From: Candidatus Binatia bacterium
Lineage (GTDB): Bacteria > Desulfobacterota > Binatia > JACPRU01
Assembly (NCBI GenBank): GCA_040507895.1
Contig: JBEVNX010000217.1
Location: 1 to 41,249 of the forward strand
Reading direction: 5' to 3'
Length of the DNA: 41,249 bases
Shown here piece after piece: positions 26,894 to 35,954 of the stretch (position 1 is the first letter of the stretch; each line of letters opens with the position of its first letter). The notes below the pieces were generated by a model that saw nothing but the letters and a program-made list of their open reading frames with translations, was not told where the DNA came from and searched no databases. The position numbers and the translations under genes were made by a program.

Positions 26894-27278
26894 GATTCGC
26901 CTCATCCGCGGCGACGAGGACGTCGTGGCGGCACGTCAGCTCGTGCGTGAGCTCGGCTTGCTCGTCGGCTTCAGTCTCGTCGACCAGACCAAGGTCATAA
27001 CCGCCGCCAGCGAGCTCGCCCGCAACGTTCTGCAGCACGGCGGAGGCGGAACGGTGGCCGCGTCGGCGCTAAACGACGACAAACGGCGCGGATTGCGCTT
27101 GGTCTTCGAAGACCAAGGTCCAGGAATCGCCGACATCGAGCTTGCGATGAGGGACGGGTACACGACCGGCAGTGGCCTCGGGCTCGGTCTAGGAGGCGCG
27201 AGGCGGCTCTCGAACGAATTCGAGATCGAGTCTACCCCCGGGGTCGGCACTCGGGTTACGATCGCGCGGTGGAAATAG
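26874..27278 (+). CDS. rsbT: Ser/Thr kinase RsbT
   Basis: DVVAARQ, TAASELARN, DQGPGIADIELAMRDGYTT, GLGLGG. Confidence 0.95.
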   Translation: MAVLRHEIRLIRGDEDVVAARQLVRELGLLVGFSLVDQTKVITAASELARNVLQHGGGGTVAASALNDDKRRGLRLVFEDQGPGIADIELAMRDGYTTGSGLGLGLGGARRLSNEFEIESTPGVGTRVTIARWK

Positions 27279-28267
27279 CCAGCGAACGGGCGGTTGCGGT
27301 CGTAGACCGCACTCAGATCGCCGAGGCTCGCCGCAAGGCGAGCGAGCTCGCTCGAGGCATCGGCCTCGACGAGAAGGCGACCGGTCGCGTCGCGATCGTG
27401 GTCACCGAGTCGGCCACCAATCTGGTCAACCACGCCGGCGGGGGCCAGATCCTGTTACAGGCGATCCTGCACGACGGCCGTCATTGGGTGGATGTGCTGG
27501 CGCTCGATCGCGGCCCGGGCATCGCGAACGTGGGCGAAGCGTTACGCGACGGCTTCTCGACGAAGGGGAGCCCAGGCACCGGTTTGGGCGCCATCGTGCG
27601 CCAGTCGGATCTCTTCGACATCCATTCCGCCGCCGGCGTCGGGACGGCGATGTTCGCACGGGTGTCGGACGGTACCGATGGACAGGACGTCGCGGTCGGC
27701 GGCGTCTGCGTGCCGAAAAAAGGGCAGGACGTCTGTGGCGACGGTTGGGCGGTGGCGCACGAATCGGGCCGGGTGCGCGTGCTCCTGAGCGACGGCCTAG
27801 GCCACGGACCGCCTGCGGCAGAGGCATCGGCACGGGCGAGAGAGGCGTTTCTAGCTCATCCACGGCTCGACCCGGTCGCCCTGGTCGGAATGATGCATGA
27901 CGCGCTTCGGCCGACGCGCGGCGCTGCCGTCGCCGTGACTGACATCGATCGCGGTCGCGGCATCGTGCGGTTCGCAGGGGTCGGCAACGTGGCCGGGGCG
28001 ATCCTTGCGGGGGCGGAATGCCGCCGCATGGTCTCCGTCCACGGCACGCTCGGCCACGACCTGCGAAGGACCCAGCAATTTGAGTATCCGTGGCCCAACG
28101 GTGCGCTGCTCGTCATGCATTCGGACGGGCTCGGCTCGACCTGGAATCTCGACCGCTATCGTGGTCTCGAGAGCCGCGCGTCGAGCCTGATCGCGGCGAT
28201 CCTCTATCGCGACTTCCATAGGGGCCGTGACGACACGACCGTAGTCGTGATGCGTGACCGACGGTGA
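27269..28267 (+). CDS. RsbT-like HATPase fused to a PP2C/SpoIIE phosphatase (RsbX-like)
   Basis: N-terminal TESATNL..H, DRGPGI, GTGLG; C-terminal CGDGW, SDGLGHG, GVGN, HSDGL, DDTT. Confidence 0.88.
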   Translation: MEIASERAVAVVDRTQIAEARRKASELARGIGLDEKATGRVAIVVTESATNLVNHAGGGQILLQAILHDGRHWVDVLALDRGPGIANVGEALRDGFSTKGSPGTGLGAIVRQSDLFDIHSAAGVGTAMFARVSDGTDGQDVAVGGVCVPKKGQDVCGDGWAVAHESGRVRVLLSDGLGHGPPAAEASARAREAFLAHPRLDPVALVGMMHDALRPTRGAAVAVTDIDRGRGIVRFAGVGNVAGAILAGAECRRMVSVHGTLGHDLRRTQQFEYPWPNGALLVMHSDGLGSTWNLDRYRGLESRASSLIAAILYRDFHRGRDDTTVVVMRDRR

Positions 28268-30390
28268 AGCCCGCGCTGCTGTCGCTGACGATCGCATCGG
28301 AGCGAGACGTCGTGGCGGCGCGCCAACGAGCCCGCCAGATCGCGGCGACGCTCGGGTTCGACACGCAGGATCAGACGCGCATCTCGACCGCCGTCTCCGA
28401 GATCGCGCGCAACGCCTTCGTCTACGCCAGCCGCGGCAGGGTCGAGTTCGTGGTCGAGGGGAGCACGGCACCGCAGCTCCTACTGATCTCGATCACCGAT
28501 GAAGGTCCAGGCATCGCCGAGCTCGGTCGCGTGCTTTCGGGAGAGTATCGCTCGGCCACCGGCATGGGTCTCGGCGTGATCGGAGCGGAACGCTTGATGG
28601 ACCAGTTTCACATCGATTCCAGCCCGCAGCGGGGGACAACGGTGGTGATGAAGAAGCTGCTGCCGCCCCGCGCGCCAATCGTGGGAACGCCGGTGCTCGC
28701 CAAGATCGGTGCCGAGCTCGCCCGTCAGGCGCCGCGGGACGTGCTGGAAGAGGTCCAGCAGCAGAACCTGGAGCTGATGCGCGCGCTTGCCGAGCTCGGC
28801 CGCCGCCAGGAGGAGCTCGCGGCGCTCAATCGGGAGCTCGTGGACACGAACCGGGGTGTCGTCGCCCTCTACGCCGAGCTCGATGAAAAGGCGGACCATC
28901 TCCGGCGCGCGGACGAGATCAAGGGCCGGTTCATCTCGAACATGTCCCATGAGTTTCGCACCCCCGTGAACTCCATCCAGGCGCTGACACAGTTGCTGCT
29001 CGAGGGCACGGACGGGGATCTTGCCCCGGAGCAGAAGCGTCAGGTGGCCTTCATTCGCAAGGCCGCCGATTCGCTATCGGAGCTGGTGAACGACCTACTC
29101 GACCTCGCCAAAGTCGAGGCCGGCAAGATCGTCGTCCGGCCCGTCGATTTCGAGGTGGAGACGCTGTTCGGAGCGCTGCGAGGAATGCTGCGACCGCTAC
29201 TGGTGAGCGACTCGGTCGACCTCGTCTTCGAGGAACCGACCGGCGTTCCGCCTCTGCATACCGACGAAGGCAAGATCTCGCAGATCCTGCGCAACTTCGT
29301 GTCGAACGCACTCAAATTCACCGACAGCGGAGAAGTGCGAGTCTCCGCACGACTGCTTGCCGGCCAGGACATGATCGCCTTTTCGGTGGCGGACACGGGA
29401 ATCGGCATCGCCGCAGAGGACCAGGAGCGAATCTTTCAAGAGTTTTCGCAGGTCGACAATCCGATCCAGCGGAAGGTCAAAGGCACGGGCCTCGGCCTGC
29501 CGCTGTGCCGCAAGCTCGCCGAGCTGCTCGGTGGCAGCGTCTCGGTGGAGAGCGCGCCCGGCGCCGGTTCGACGTTCACCACGAAGATTCCCATCCTGTA
29601 CGAGGCAACGAAGGCAGGGGAGCCACGCTGGAGCGTCGAGCCCGGCCGTGTCCCGGTGCTGGTCGTCGAGGACAACGCCGAGACGATCCTCATCTATGAG
29701 AAGTACATGGCGGCAGCCGGTTTCCAGGCGATCCCCGCGCGCTCGCTTCGAGAGGCGCGGGCCGCGCTCAGCGTCGTTCTGCCGCAGGCGGTGATTCTCG
29801 ACATCCTTCTTCGCGGCGAAGACGCGTGGGGCTTTCTCGCCGAGCTCAAGCGGCGCGATGACACGAAGGAGGTGCCAGTCGTGATCGCCTCCACGATCGA
29901 GGACGAGCGCAAGGGCCTGGCGCTCGGAGCCGCCGCCTATCTCGTCAAGCCGATTGATCGGCAGCGGCTGCTGCACACGCTGACCCGGCTGACCGCCGCG
30001 GAGACGGTGAAGCGCGTGCTGGTCGTCGACGACGAGGAGATCTTTCGCTACGTGCTCCGGCAACACCTGCTGGCTCCCAACCACCTGATCTCGGAGGCCG
30101 CCACGGGCAGTGACGCGCTTCGGCTGGCGCGCGCCGAGCCTCCCGACGTCATCTGCCTCGACCTGAAGATGCCCGACCTCGACGGCTTCGAGGTCCTACG
30201 CACGCTGAAGAGCGATCCCGCCACTCGCGAGATCCCCGTGATCATCGTGACGTCCAAACCGCTCAGCGAGGGAGAGCGGGAGACGCTCCGTTCACTCGGA
30301 ACGAGTATCGTCGCCAAAGACAGCGTCTCCCGGGAGAGCGCGCTGGCGGCCGTTGAAAGCGCGATGCGCGACGCCGAGCGCAGACTCTAG
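28264..30390 (+). CDS. Hybrid histidine kinase with N-terminal RsbT-like domain, coiled coil, HisKA, HATPase and two REC domains
   Basis: DVVAARQRARQ..TAVSEIARN..DEGPGI; TNRGVVALYAELD; SHEFRTP; SNALKFT; GTGLGL; two receivers. Confidence 0.92.
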   Translation: MKPALLSLTIASERDVVAARQRARQIAATLGFDTQDQTRISTAVSEIARNAFVYASRGRVEFVVEGSTAPQLLLISITDEGPGIAELGRVLSGEYRSATGMGLGVIGAERLMDQFHIDSSPQRGTTVVMKKLLPPRAPIVGTPVLAKIGAELARQAPRDVLEEVQQQNLELMRALAELGRRQEELAALNRELVDTNRGVVALYAELDEKADHLRRADEIKGRFISNMSHEFRTPVNSIQALTQLLLEGTDGDLAPEQKRQVAFIRKAADSLSELVNDLLDLAKVEAGKIVVRPVDFEVETLFGALRGMLRPLLVSDSVDLVFEEPTGVPPLHTDEGKISQILRNFVSNALKFTDSGEVRVSARLLAGQDMIAFSVADTGIGIAAEDQERIFQEFSQVDNPIQRKVKGTGLGLPLCRKLAELLGGSVSVESAPGAGSTFTTKIPILYEATKAGEPRWSVEPGRVPVLVVEDNAETILIYEKYMAAAGFQAIPARSLREARAALSVVLPQAVILDILLRGEDAWGFLAELKRRDDTKEVPVVIASTIEDERKGLALGAAAYLVKPIDRQRLLHTLTRLTAAETVKRVLVVDDEEIFRYVLRQHLLAPNHLISEAATGSDALRLARAEPPDVICLDLKMPDLDGFEVLRTLKSDPATREIPVIIVTSKPLSEGERETLRSLGTSIVAKDSVSRESALAAVESAMRDAERRL

Positions 30391-30392
30391 TC

Positions 30393-31973
30393 ATGTCTTC
30401 GGTGATCGATCCGCCGACTCTCGTTCTCGTCGTCGACGACAACGACACTGCCCGGTACGCCAAGTGCCGCATCCTGCGCCGGGCTGGGTTCGAGGTCATC
30501 GAGGCCGTGGACGGAACCAACGCCTTGCGACTCGTGGAAGAGCGCAAGCCGCGATTGGTCGTGCTCGACGTCCGGTTGCCGGGACTCGACGGGTGGGCGG
30601 TCTGCCGCAAGATCAAGGCGAACCCCCTGACGGAGGCCGTGCTCGTGCTGCAGATGTCCGCCACGTTCGTCAGCGAGGGGGACACCGTTCGTGCGCTCGA
30701 AGGAGGAGCCGACGGTTGCTTGACGGAGCCCTGCGATCCGACGGTTCTTCTGGCGACGATTCGCGCGTTGTTGCGCGCGCGTCTCGCAGAGGATGCGCTG
30801 CGCGAAGCGCTTTCCCGGGAACAGTCGCTGCGGACCGTCGCCGAGGCCGCGAACCGCGCGAAGGATGAATTCCTCGCTACGCTGTCGCACGAGCTGCGCT
30901 CGCCCCTCAGTGCGATTCTCACCTGGGTGAATTTGATGCGTGCCGGCCGACTCGACCAGCCGCGTACCGAGCGCGCCGTCGAGGCCATCGAGCGCAACTC
31001 GCGGCTTCAGCTGCGACTGATCGAAGACTTGCTCGACGTCTCGCGAATCATCTCTGGGAAGATGAAGATCGAGCTCACGCACGTCGATCTCGGAGCCGTG
31101 GTCGCGACGGCCCTCGAGAACTTACAGAGTGCAGCGATGTCGAAGCGCCTGCAGATCGATTCGTTCATCGATCCTTCCATGGGCCCGGTTTCGGGAGATG
31201 CGGCCCGACTGCAGCAGGTGGTGGGCAATCTGCTGTCGAATGCGGTGAAGTTCACGCCGGAGGACGGCCGCATCATGGTCAGCGTCAAGGCCGTAGACTC
31301 ATTTGCGCAGATCGAGGTCACGGACACCGGTATCGGAATAGACGTCGAGATGTTGCCACACATCTTTGAACGATTTCGCCAAGTGGACTCGTCGACGACA
31401 CGGACGGAAGGGGGCCTCGGCTTGGGGCTCGCGCTCGTTCGGCACTTCGTGGAGCTGCACGCGGGTTCCGTCGAAGCCAGGAGCGAGGGATTGGGCAAAG
31501 GGGCGACCTTCCTCGTGCGGCTACCGCTGGCGCCCGTACGCCCCTCCGCGAGCAAGGTCGGCGCCGTTCCTCCCCTGCGGGCAAAGCTTCCAGGCGTCAA
31601 GCTGCCGAGCCTCGCGGGCATTCGTGTCTTGGTCGTCGACGACGAATCCGACGGGCGTGAGGCGGTGGCTCTCGTCCTCGAGCACTGCGGCGCCTCCGTC
31701 AAGACGGCCGGCTCGGTCGCGGAGGCGATGTCAGCCTTCAGCAGCGCCGTATTCGACGCAGTCGTCAGCGACATCGCAATGCCCTCAGAGGACGGGTTCG
31801 CGCTGATCGCGCGATTGCGCGCTCACGGCGACACTCCGGCGCTCGCCTTGACCGGGTACGTGGGCCAAGAAGACCGGCAGCGCATTCTCGCTGCCGGATA
31901 CCAAACCTGCTTGACCAAGCCGGTCGCCGCAGCGGAACTGGGTGAAACCATCGCGAGGCTCGTTCAGAGCTGA
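30393..31973 (+). CDS. Hybrid histidine kinase (REC, HisKA, HATPase, REC)
   Basis: VVDDN..LDVRLP; SHELRSPL; NLLSNAVKFT; GLGLGL; C-terminal REC DIAMP. Confidence 0.93.
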   Translation: MSSVIDPPTLVLVVDDNDTARYAKCRILRRAGFEVIEAVDGTNALRLVEERKPRLVVLDVRLPGLDGWAVCRKIKANPLTEAVLVLQMSATFVSEGDTVRALEGGADGCLTEPCDPTVLLATIRALLRARLAEDALREALSREQSLRTVAEAANRAKDEFLATLSHELRSPLSAILTWVNLMRAGRLDQPRTERAVEAIERNSRLQLRLIEDLLDVSRIISGKMKIELTHVDLGAVVATALENLQSAAMSKRLQIDSFIDPSMGPVSGDAARLQQVVGNLLSNAVKFTPEDGRIMVSVKAVDSFAQIEVTDTGIGIDVEMLPHIFERFRQVDSSTTRTEGGLGLGLALVRHFVELHAGSVEARSEGLGKGATFLVRLPLAPVRPSASKVGAVPPLRAKLPGVKLPSLAGIRVLVVDDESDGREAVALVLEHCGASVKTAGSVAEAMSAFSSAVFDAVVSDIAMPSEDGFALIARLRAHGDTPALALTGYVGQEDRQRILAAGYQTCLTKPVAAAELGETIARLVQS

Positions 31974-31982
31974 TCGCGGGCG

Positions 31983-33386
31983 CTATTCAGGCGTCGAACC
32001 CGCGCCGATCTCGCGATCGCCTATGCAGGATCCCAGCGGGACGAAGCGGCGCAGCTTGCCGGTGCCGGGCTGCCGTTGCAGGCTCGGAACGGCTCGGACG
32101 CCGATGACCGGATCGGCGAGTCCCGCGTCAGCGAGCGCGACGCGCAGCCGTTCGCCAAGCCAAGCCGGATCCAGTCGTCCATCCGCAACGACGGCGACGT
32201 CGATACCGCGAGCCGTCTGCCGGACTTGATATTCCGCCACCGCTGGAGTCTTCACCATGACCGCGCGGATGGCGAGCGGGTGGATGCTCGTCGTTCCGTA
32301 GCACAGGATGTCGTCGGATCGCCCTTCGACCGTGGCCCGAAGATGCCCGCGGTCGCAACGTTCGGGCTCGCGAACGAAGCTGTCATCGAGGGCGTATCGA
32401 ATGAGGGGCTGGACGCGATTGTAGAGGTTCGTGACAAGGATCTTCGCCGACCGTACGCCGAGGGGAACCGGTCGGTCACGCTCGTCGACCAGCTCGACGA
32501 TGCAGAGGTCGCTCGCGAAGGTGAGCACGGTCTCGTTCGGCTCGCTGACGCCGACGAGGCCTTCGCTCGAGGCGAACGTATCGACGAGCGGCACACCGAA
32601 CGCCTCGCGGATCGCCGAACGCTGCTCGGCCAGAAGGGTCTCGCTGGTGCTGACGATCGTCGCCGGTGCGATGCACAGCCGCCCCGACCGGCGCTCGACC
32701 GCGAGCCGAGCGAGCATGCTCGGATAGCCGTAGAGCGCCCGCGGCTGAATGGTCTCGAGCCGATCCACGATCTCGTCGATGGGGAGTGTTGCAGGCGCCG
32801 GGACGAATTGGATCGGGCTTCCCCGCATGATCTGCGAGGCGATGCCGGTCGCATGTACCGCCGAGGCCGCGGCCACGAACGCGATTGTCACGCCCCCGAG
32901 CGGCGGGCCGCCGCCGCGGGCGATGGTCGGCCGCAGGATCGAGCCTGCAAACTCGACCATCGCTTCGCAATCGAGGACGAAGACTCCGCGCTGGCCGGAG
33001 CTGCCCCCGGAGGCCTGGCAAAGATATTCGCCGAGGAGAGCGATCGGCTTTTCGGCGGTGTTCGCGATCACCTCCTCGACCGCTCGCCGCGAGAGGCGAT
33101 GGTCGGTCAGTACATCGTCGAACTCGGCCATCATCTCCCCCTTCGTCATGATGGGCAGACGCGGCAGGTCGGCGAGCTCGAAGGCGCCGGGATCGACGCC
33201 CGCCAAGCGCCGCGCGTGGAACGGTGATCGACCGATCGCATGGGCGAGCAAGCTCCTGAGGCCGTCCCGCTGATGCGCGGCGATCCGTTCCCCGTTCCAC
33301 GTGAGGCGCTTCACGTGATCGGGTAACCCGGCGAACAGCCGTTGCTGGAAGCACGCACGCAACCGATCGAACCCGCAGTCCGTCAT
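31983..33386 (-). CDS. Phenylacetate-CoA ligase (PaaK)-like adenylate-forming enzyme
   Basis: LPIMTK, SGGSSG P-loop, GYPS, FASSEG, TNLYNRVQPLIRY, EGRSDD, TGKLR. Confidence 0.82.
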   Translation of the reverse strand: MTDCGFDRLRACFQQRLFAGLPDHVKRLTWNGERIAAHQRDGLRSLLAHAIGRSPFHARRLAGVDPGAFELADLPRLPIMTKGEMMAEFDDVLTDHRLSRRAVEEVIANTAEKPIALLGEYLCQASGGSSGQRGVFVLDCEAMVEFAGSILRPTIARGGGPPLGGVTIAFVAAASAVHATGIASQIMRGSPIQFVPAPATLPIDEIVDRLETIQPRALYGYPSMLARLAVERRSGRLCIAPATIVSTSETLLAEQRSAIREAFGVPLVDTFASSEGLVGVSEPNETVLTFASDLCIVELVDERDRPVPLGVRSAKILVTNLYNRVQPLIRYALDDSFVREPERCDRGHLRATVEGRSDDILCYGTTSIHPLAIRAVMVKTPAVAEYQVRQTARGIDVAVVADGRLDPAWLGERLRVALADAGLADPVIGVRAVPSLQRQPGTGKLRRFVPLGSCIGDREIGAGSTPE

Positions 33387-33391
33387 GTCGA

Positions 33392-34057
33392 TCACCGCTT
33401 TCTGCCTGCTCCGGCACGCCGAGTCGCGTCGGACCGATCCGTGTCGGGCAACGCAGTACCGAGGGCCCGCGCGAGCATCGGGACGACGCTTTCGACAGGG
33501 AGCGCCCGGGGATTGGCCGTACGCTCGATCTCGACGCCAAAACCGAGAGCCAGGATGAACTCGGCCATGGTCACGGTCTGCAATGCAGGCTCGAGACCGG
33601 CTCGTTCGTGAACTTTGGCCAAGAGCCGTGCGAGCCGCTCGATCGTGCGAGCATGCACCTGGGCGTAGCGCTGGTTTAGCTGTGGGTCGCGCGCCGCCTG
33701 GACTCGGAACTCCGCGACCAACAACCCCCATTCGGGCTCTTCGACGAAACTGCGGTGGGCGAGCTGGATCAACGCGGTGACGCCCCCGGCAACGCTCCCG
33801 TTGCCGGCCGTCTCGGAGGCGACGCGCTCGTTCTCATCGGCTCGCTCGGAAATCCTTCGCTCCAGCAGGGCGAGAAACAGGTCCGCTTTGCTGTCGAACT
33901 GGGAGTAAACGACCCCCTTCGAAAAGCCTGCCTCCTCCGCGATCGCGTCGAGACTCGCGCCCGCGTAGCCCTTTTCCAGGAACACTCGCCGAGCCGCCTC
34001 CAGCACGAGCCGGCGGTTGCGCTCCACTTGCAGGTCGCGTCCCAGGCGCTTTCGCAT
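33392..34057 (-). CDS. TetR family transcriptional regulator
   Basis: VLEAARRVFLEKGYAGASLDAIAEEAGFSKGVVYSQFDSKADL HTH. Confidence 0.93.
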   Translation of the reverse strand: MRKRLGRDLQVERNRRLVLEAARRVFLEKGYAGASLDAIAEEAGFSKGVVYSQFDSKADLFLALLERRISERADENERVASETAGNGSVAGGVTALIQLAHRSFVEEPEWGLLVAEFRVQAARDPQLNQRYAQVHARTIERLARLLAKVHERAGLEPALQTVTMAEFILALGFGVEIERTANPRALPVESVVPMLARALGTALPDTDRSDATRRAGAGRKR

Positions 34058-34096
34058 ACCGTCGGTATTTAAATACCGTCGGTATCTCTTTGTCAA
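34056..34096 (-). promoter_or_regulatory. Tandem TetR operators overlapping a sigma70-type promoter and the start codon
   Basis: ATACCGTCGGTAT palindrome at 34056-34068 and 34073-34085; TTGACA at 34096-34091 on the minus strand. Confidence 0.8.
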
Positions 34097-34408
34097 GCGT
34101 TGCGAAAAGGAAGGAGACGAATACCGCGGGAGCACTCCGTGCGGAGCACCCTCCGCTCGGGACACGGATGGCCTTCGGTGCCGCGCTTCGAGTTCCGCAG
34201 CCGAATGACGACGGCCCGGAGCGTCTAAGGATAGCGGCGAGTGCTGCCTTAATCTCCCCTTCAGCGAGCTACCTGAATTGGATTTCTGGCAGCACCCTTC
34301 CGCTATCGAACCTTGCAAACACGCGCGGCCGCGCAGCGTCGCGACGAATTGGCCGAATGGATCCGGCCAACGCGCGACACCGCGTCGCGCCGCCAGTTCA
34401 ACGTTCAT

Positions 34409-34699
34409 ATGCCAGCGAAGTCGAAGACACCGGGGACGATCCCCTTGGCAGTGATGGCGGGCACTCTCCTCGGCATCGCCGCGATCGTCGCGCCCGCACG
34501 TTCCGAGCTGCCGTCTTCCGAGGTGCCCGGCAGCTCTCCCGCTGGGGCGGCGGCGACGCCGACGCCAGAAGGAGTGCCCACGCCTGCAGTCCGTGACCCG
34601 AACTTCCCGAAGCCGGAACCGATCGCGCCGCGCAGCAAACCCGACTCCCCGCCAAGCCTTCCCGGAAGCGGGCGGCAAGACACGGTTCCGGGAAGCTGA
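34409..34699 (+). CDS. Small secreted proline-rich protein
   Basis: Signal peptide-like N-terminus and a Pro-rich body; GCGAC-N17-GTT element at 34374-34398. Confidence 0.55.
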   Translation: MPAKSKTPGTIPLAVMAGTLLGIAAIVAPARSELPSSEVPGSSPAGAAATPTPEGVPTPAVRDPNFPKPEPIAPRSKPDSPPSLPGSGRQDTVPGS

Positions 34700-34749
34700 A
34701 GCCGTCGCGCAGACTCGAGTCGAGCGAGACTTGGCGGGCGTGGGGGGCT

Positions 34750-34950
34750 TCATCCCTTCTTTTTCGTGCTGCCTCCTCGCTTCCTCGGCACCTTCGCGCC
34801 CTCTCGCCGGGCCTCCGAAAGTCCGATCGCGATTGCCTGTTTGCGGCTCTTGACCGTCTTACCCGACCGCCCCGACTTGAGGGTGCCGCGCTTCCGTTCG
34901 TGCATCGCCTTGCGAACTATGGCCGAGGCCTTCTTGCCGTAACGTGCCAT
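34750..34950 (-). CDS. Small basic protein, DUF6496-like
   Basis: MHERKRGTLKSGRSGKTVKSRKQAIAIGLSEAR; RBS AGGAGG. Confidence 0.85.
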   Translation of the reverse strand: MARYGKKASAIVRKAMHERKRGTLKSGRSGKTVKSRKQAIAIGLSEARREGAKVPRKRGGSTKKKG

Positions 34951-35154
34951 CGCAAACCTCCTGAAGGCTCAAAGCGGGGTCAGGCAGTCGAGTTGCTTGA
35001 GGTTTCGAGGAAGCCGCGCGCATTTGGGACGGAAGACACCGCCGACGACGAAGCATCCGCGCGATGCCAAGCCCAGCTTTCGGGGTTTGAACGTTTCAGG
35101 TCCCTGCCCGTGTGTCTTGTTGCAACGATCGATCAGGGACGAGGAGGCCACCCC

Positions 35155-35646
35155 ATGAAGTCAATCACTTTGCTTCTCGCGGTCCTGCTAGCAGCGAGCG
35201 CGGGCGCAGAATCCCTCAAAGAGTGGAAGACGCCCGACGGGAAGACGTACTTCGGCGATCATCCGCCGGAGGGCAGCACGGTCGTCAAGACCGTGGACAA
35301 ACCGATCGGTACCGTCGAGACCCAGCCGGTCAGTCCACGAGAACGCGCCCCGCTGCCCGCGCCGCAAACTGTATGGCGCACCAACATCGCTTGCCAGGAC
35401 CTGAGCGTGACCGGCGTGAAGGAAGAGAGTTTCGACGGCATCAGTCGGCGCATCGTGCGCGGCACCGTGACCCATGATGGCTCCCATGTCGTGAAGGACG
35501 TCAGGGTCTGCGGGGGAGGCGTTTGCGACATAATGCGTGGCGGCAATCCCATGGCCCAAGGCGAGAGCGCGCAGTTCTATCTCGACATGAACACGGCCGA
35601 TCCGGTGTCGCTGAGAATCGAGTGCTCGGTCCGCGAACCGGCTTGA
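35155..35646 (+). CDS. Secreted protein with DUF4124-like N-terminus
   Basis: Signal peptide, WKTPDGKTYFGDHPP; RBS GAGGAGG. Confidence 0.75.
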   Translation: MKSITLLLAVLLAASAGAESLKEWKTPDGKTYFGDHPPEGSTVVKTVDKPIGTVETQPVSPRERAPLPAPQTVWRTNIACQDLSVTGVKEESFDGISRRIVRGTVTHDGSHVVKDVRVCGGGVCDIMRGGNPMAQGESAQFYLDMNTADPVSLRIECSVREPA

Positions 35647-35681
35647 GCCGGTTCGTCATCGAGAAAGGAGGGAGCAAGTTG

Positions 35682-35894
35682 ATGAAGCGCTTCAGCGTGG
35701 CCTTGGCCACGATCGGAGTCGGCCTGATGCTCGTCAGTTCTGCCTGTCATGAGGAAGGGCCAGCGGAAAAGGCCGGCAAGAAGCTCGACGAGACGATGGA
35801 GAACACTGGAGATGCAATGAAGAACGCCGGCGAGAGTATGGGTGAAAAGCTGGAAGACGCAGGAGAGAAGATGAAGGATGCCACCAGCCGGTAG
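35682..35894 (+). CDS. Small lipoprotein (paralog of 18244-18432)
   Basis: Lipobox SSAC followed by EEGPAEKAGKKLD; RBS AAAGGAGG. Confidence 0.8.
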   Translation: MKRFSVALATIGVGLMLVSSACHEEGPAEKAGKKLDETMENTGDAMKNAGESMGEKLEDAGEKMKDATSR

Positions 35895-35918
35895 GTTTCA
35901 CCGTCCCCTGCCTCGGCC

Positions 35919-35954
35919 CAGCGCGCCGCCATCCGGTTTGGCGCGGCGCGCTGC
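35919..35954. terminator. GC-rich hairpin between convergent genes
   Basis: Inverted repeat cagcgcgcc...ggcgcgctg; no U-tract. Confidence 0.35.

Noticed and set aside
34058-34753. N-terminal 230-aa extension of the TetR ORF in the track
   Set aside because: Low-complexity, overlaps a plus-strand gene; operators and the -35 element place the real start at 34057.
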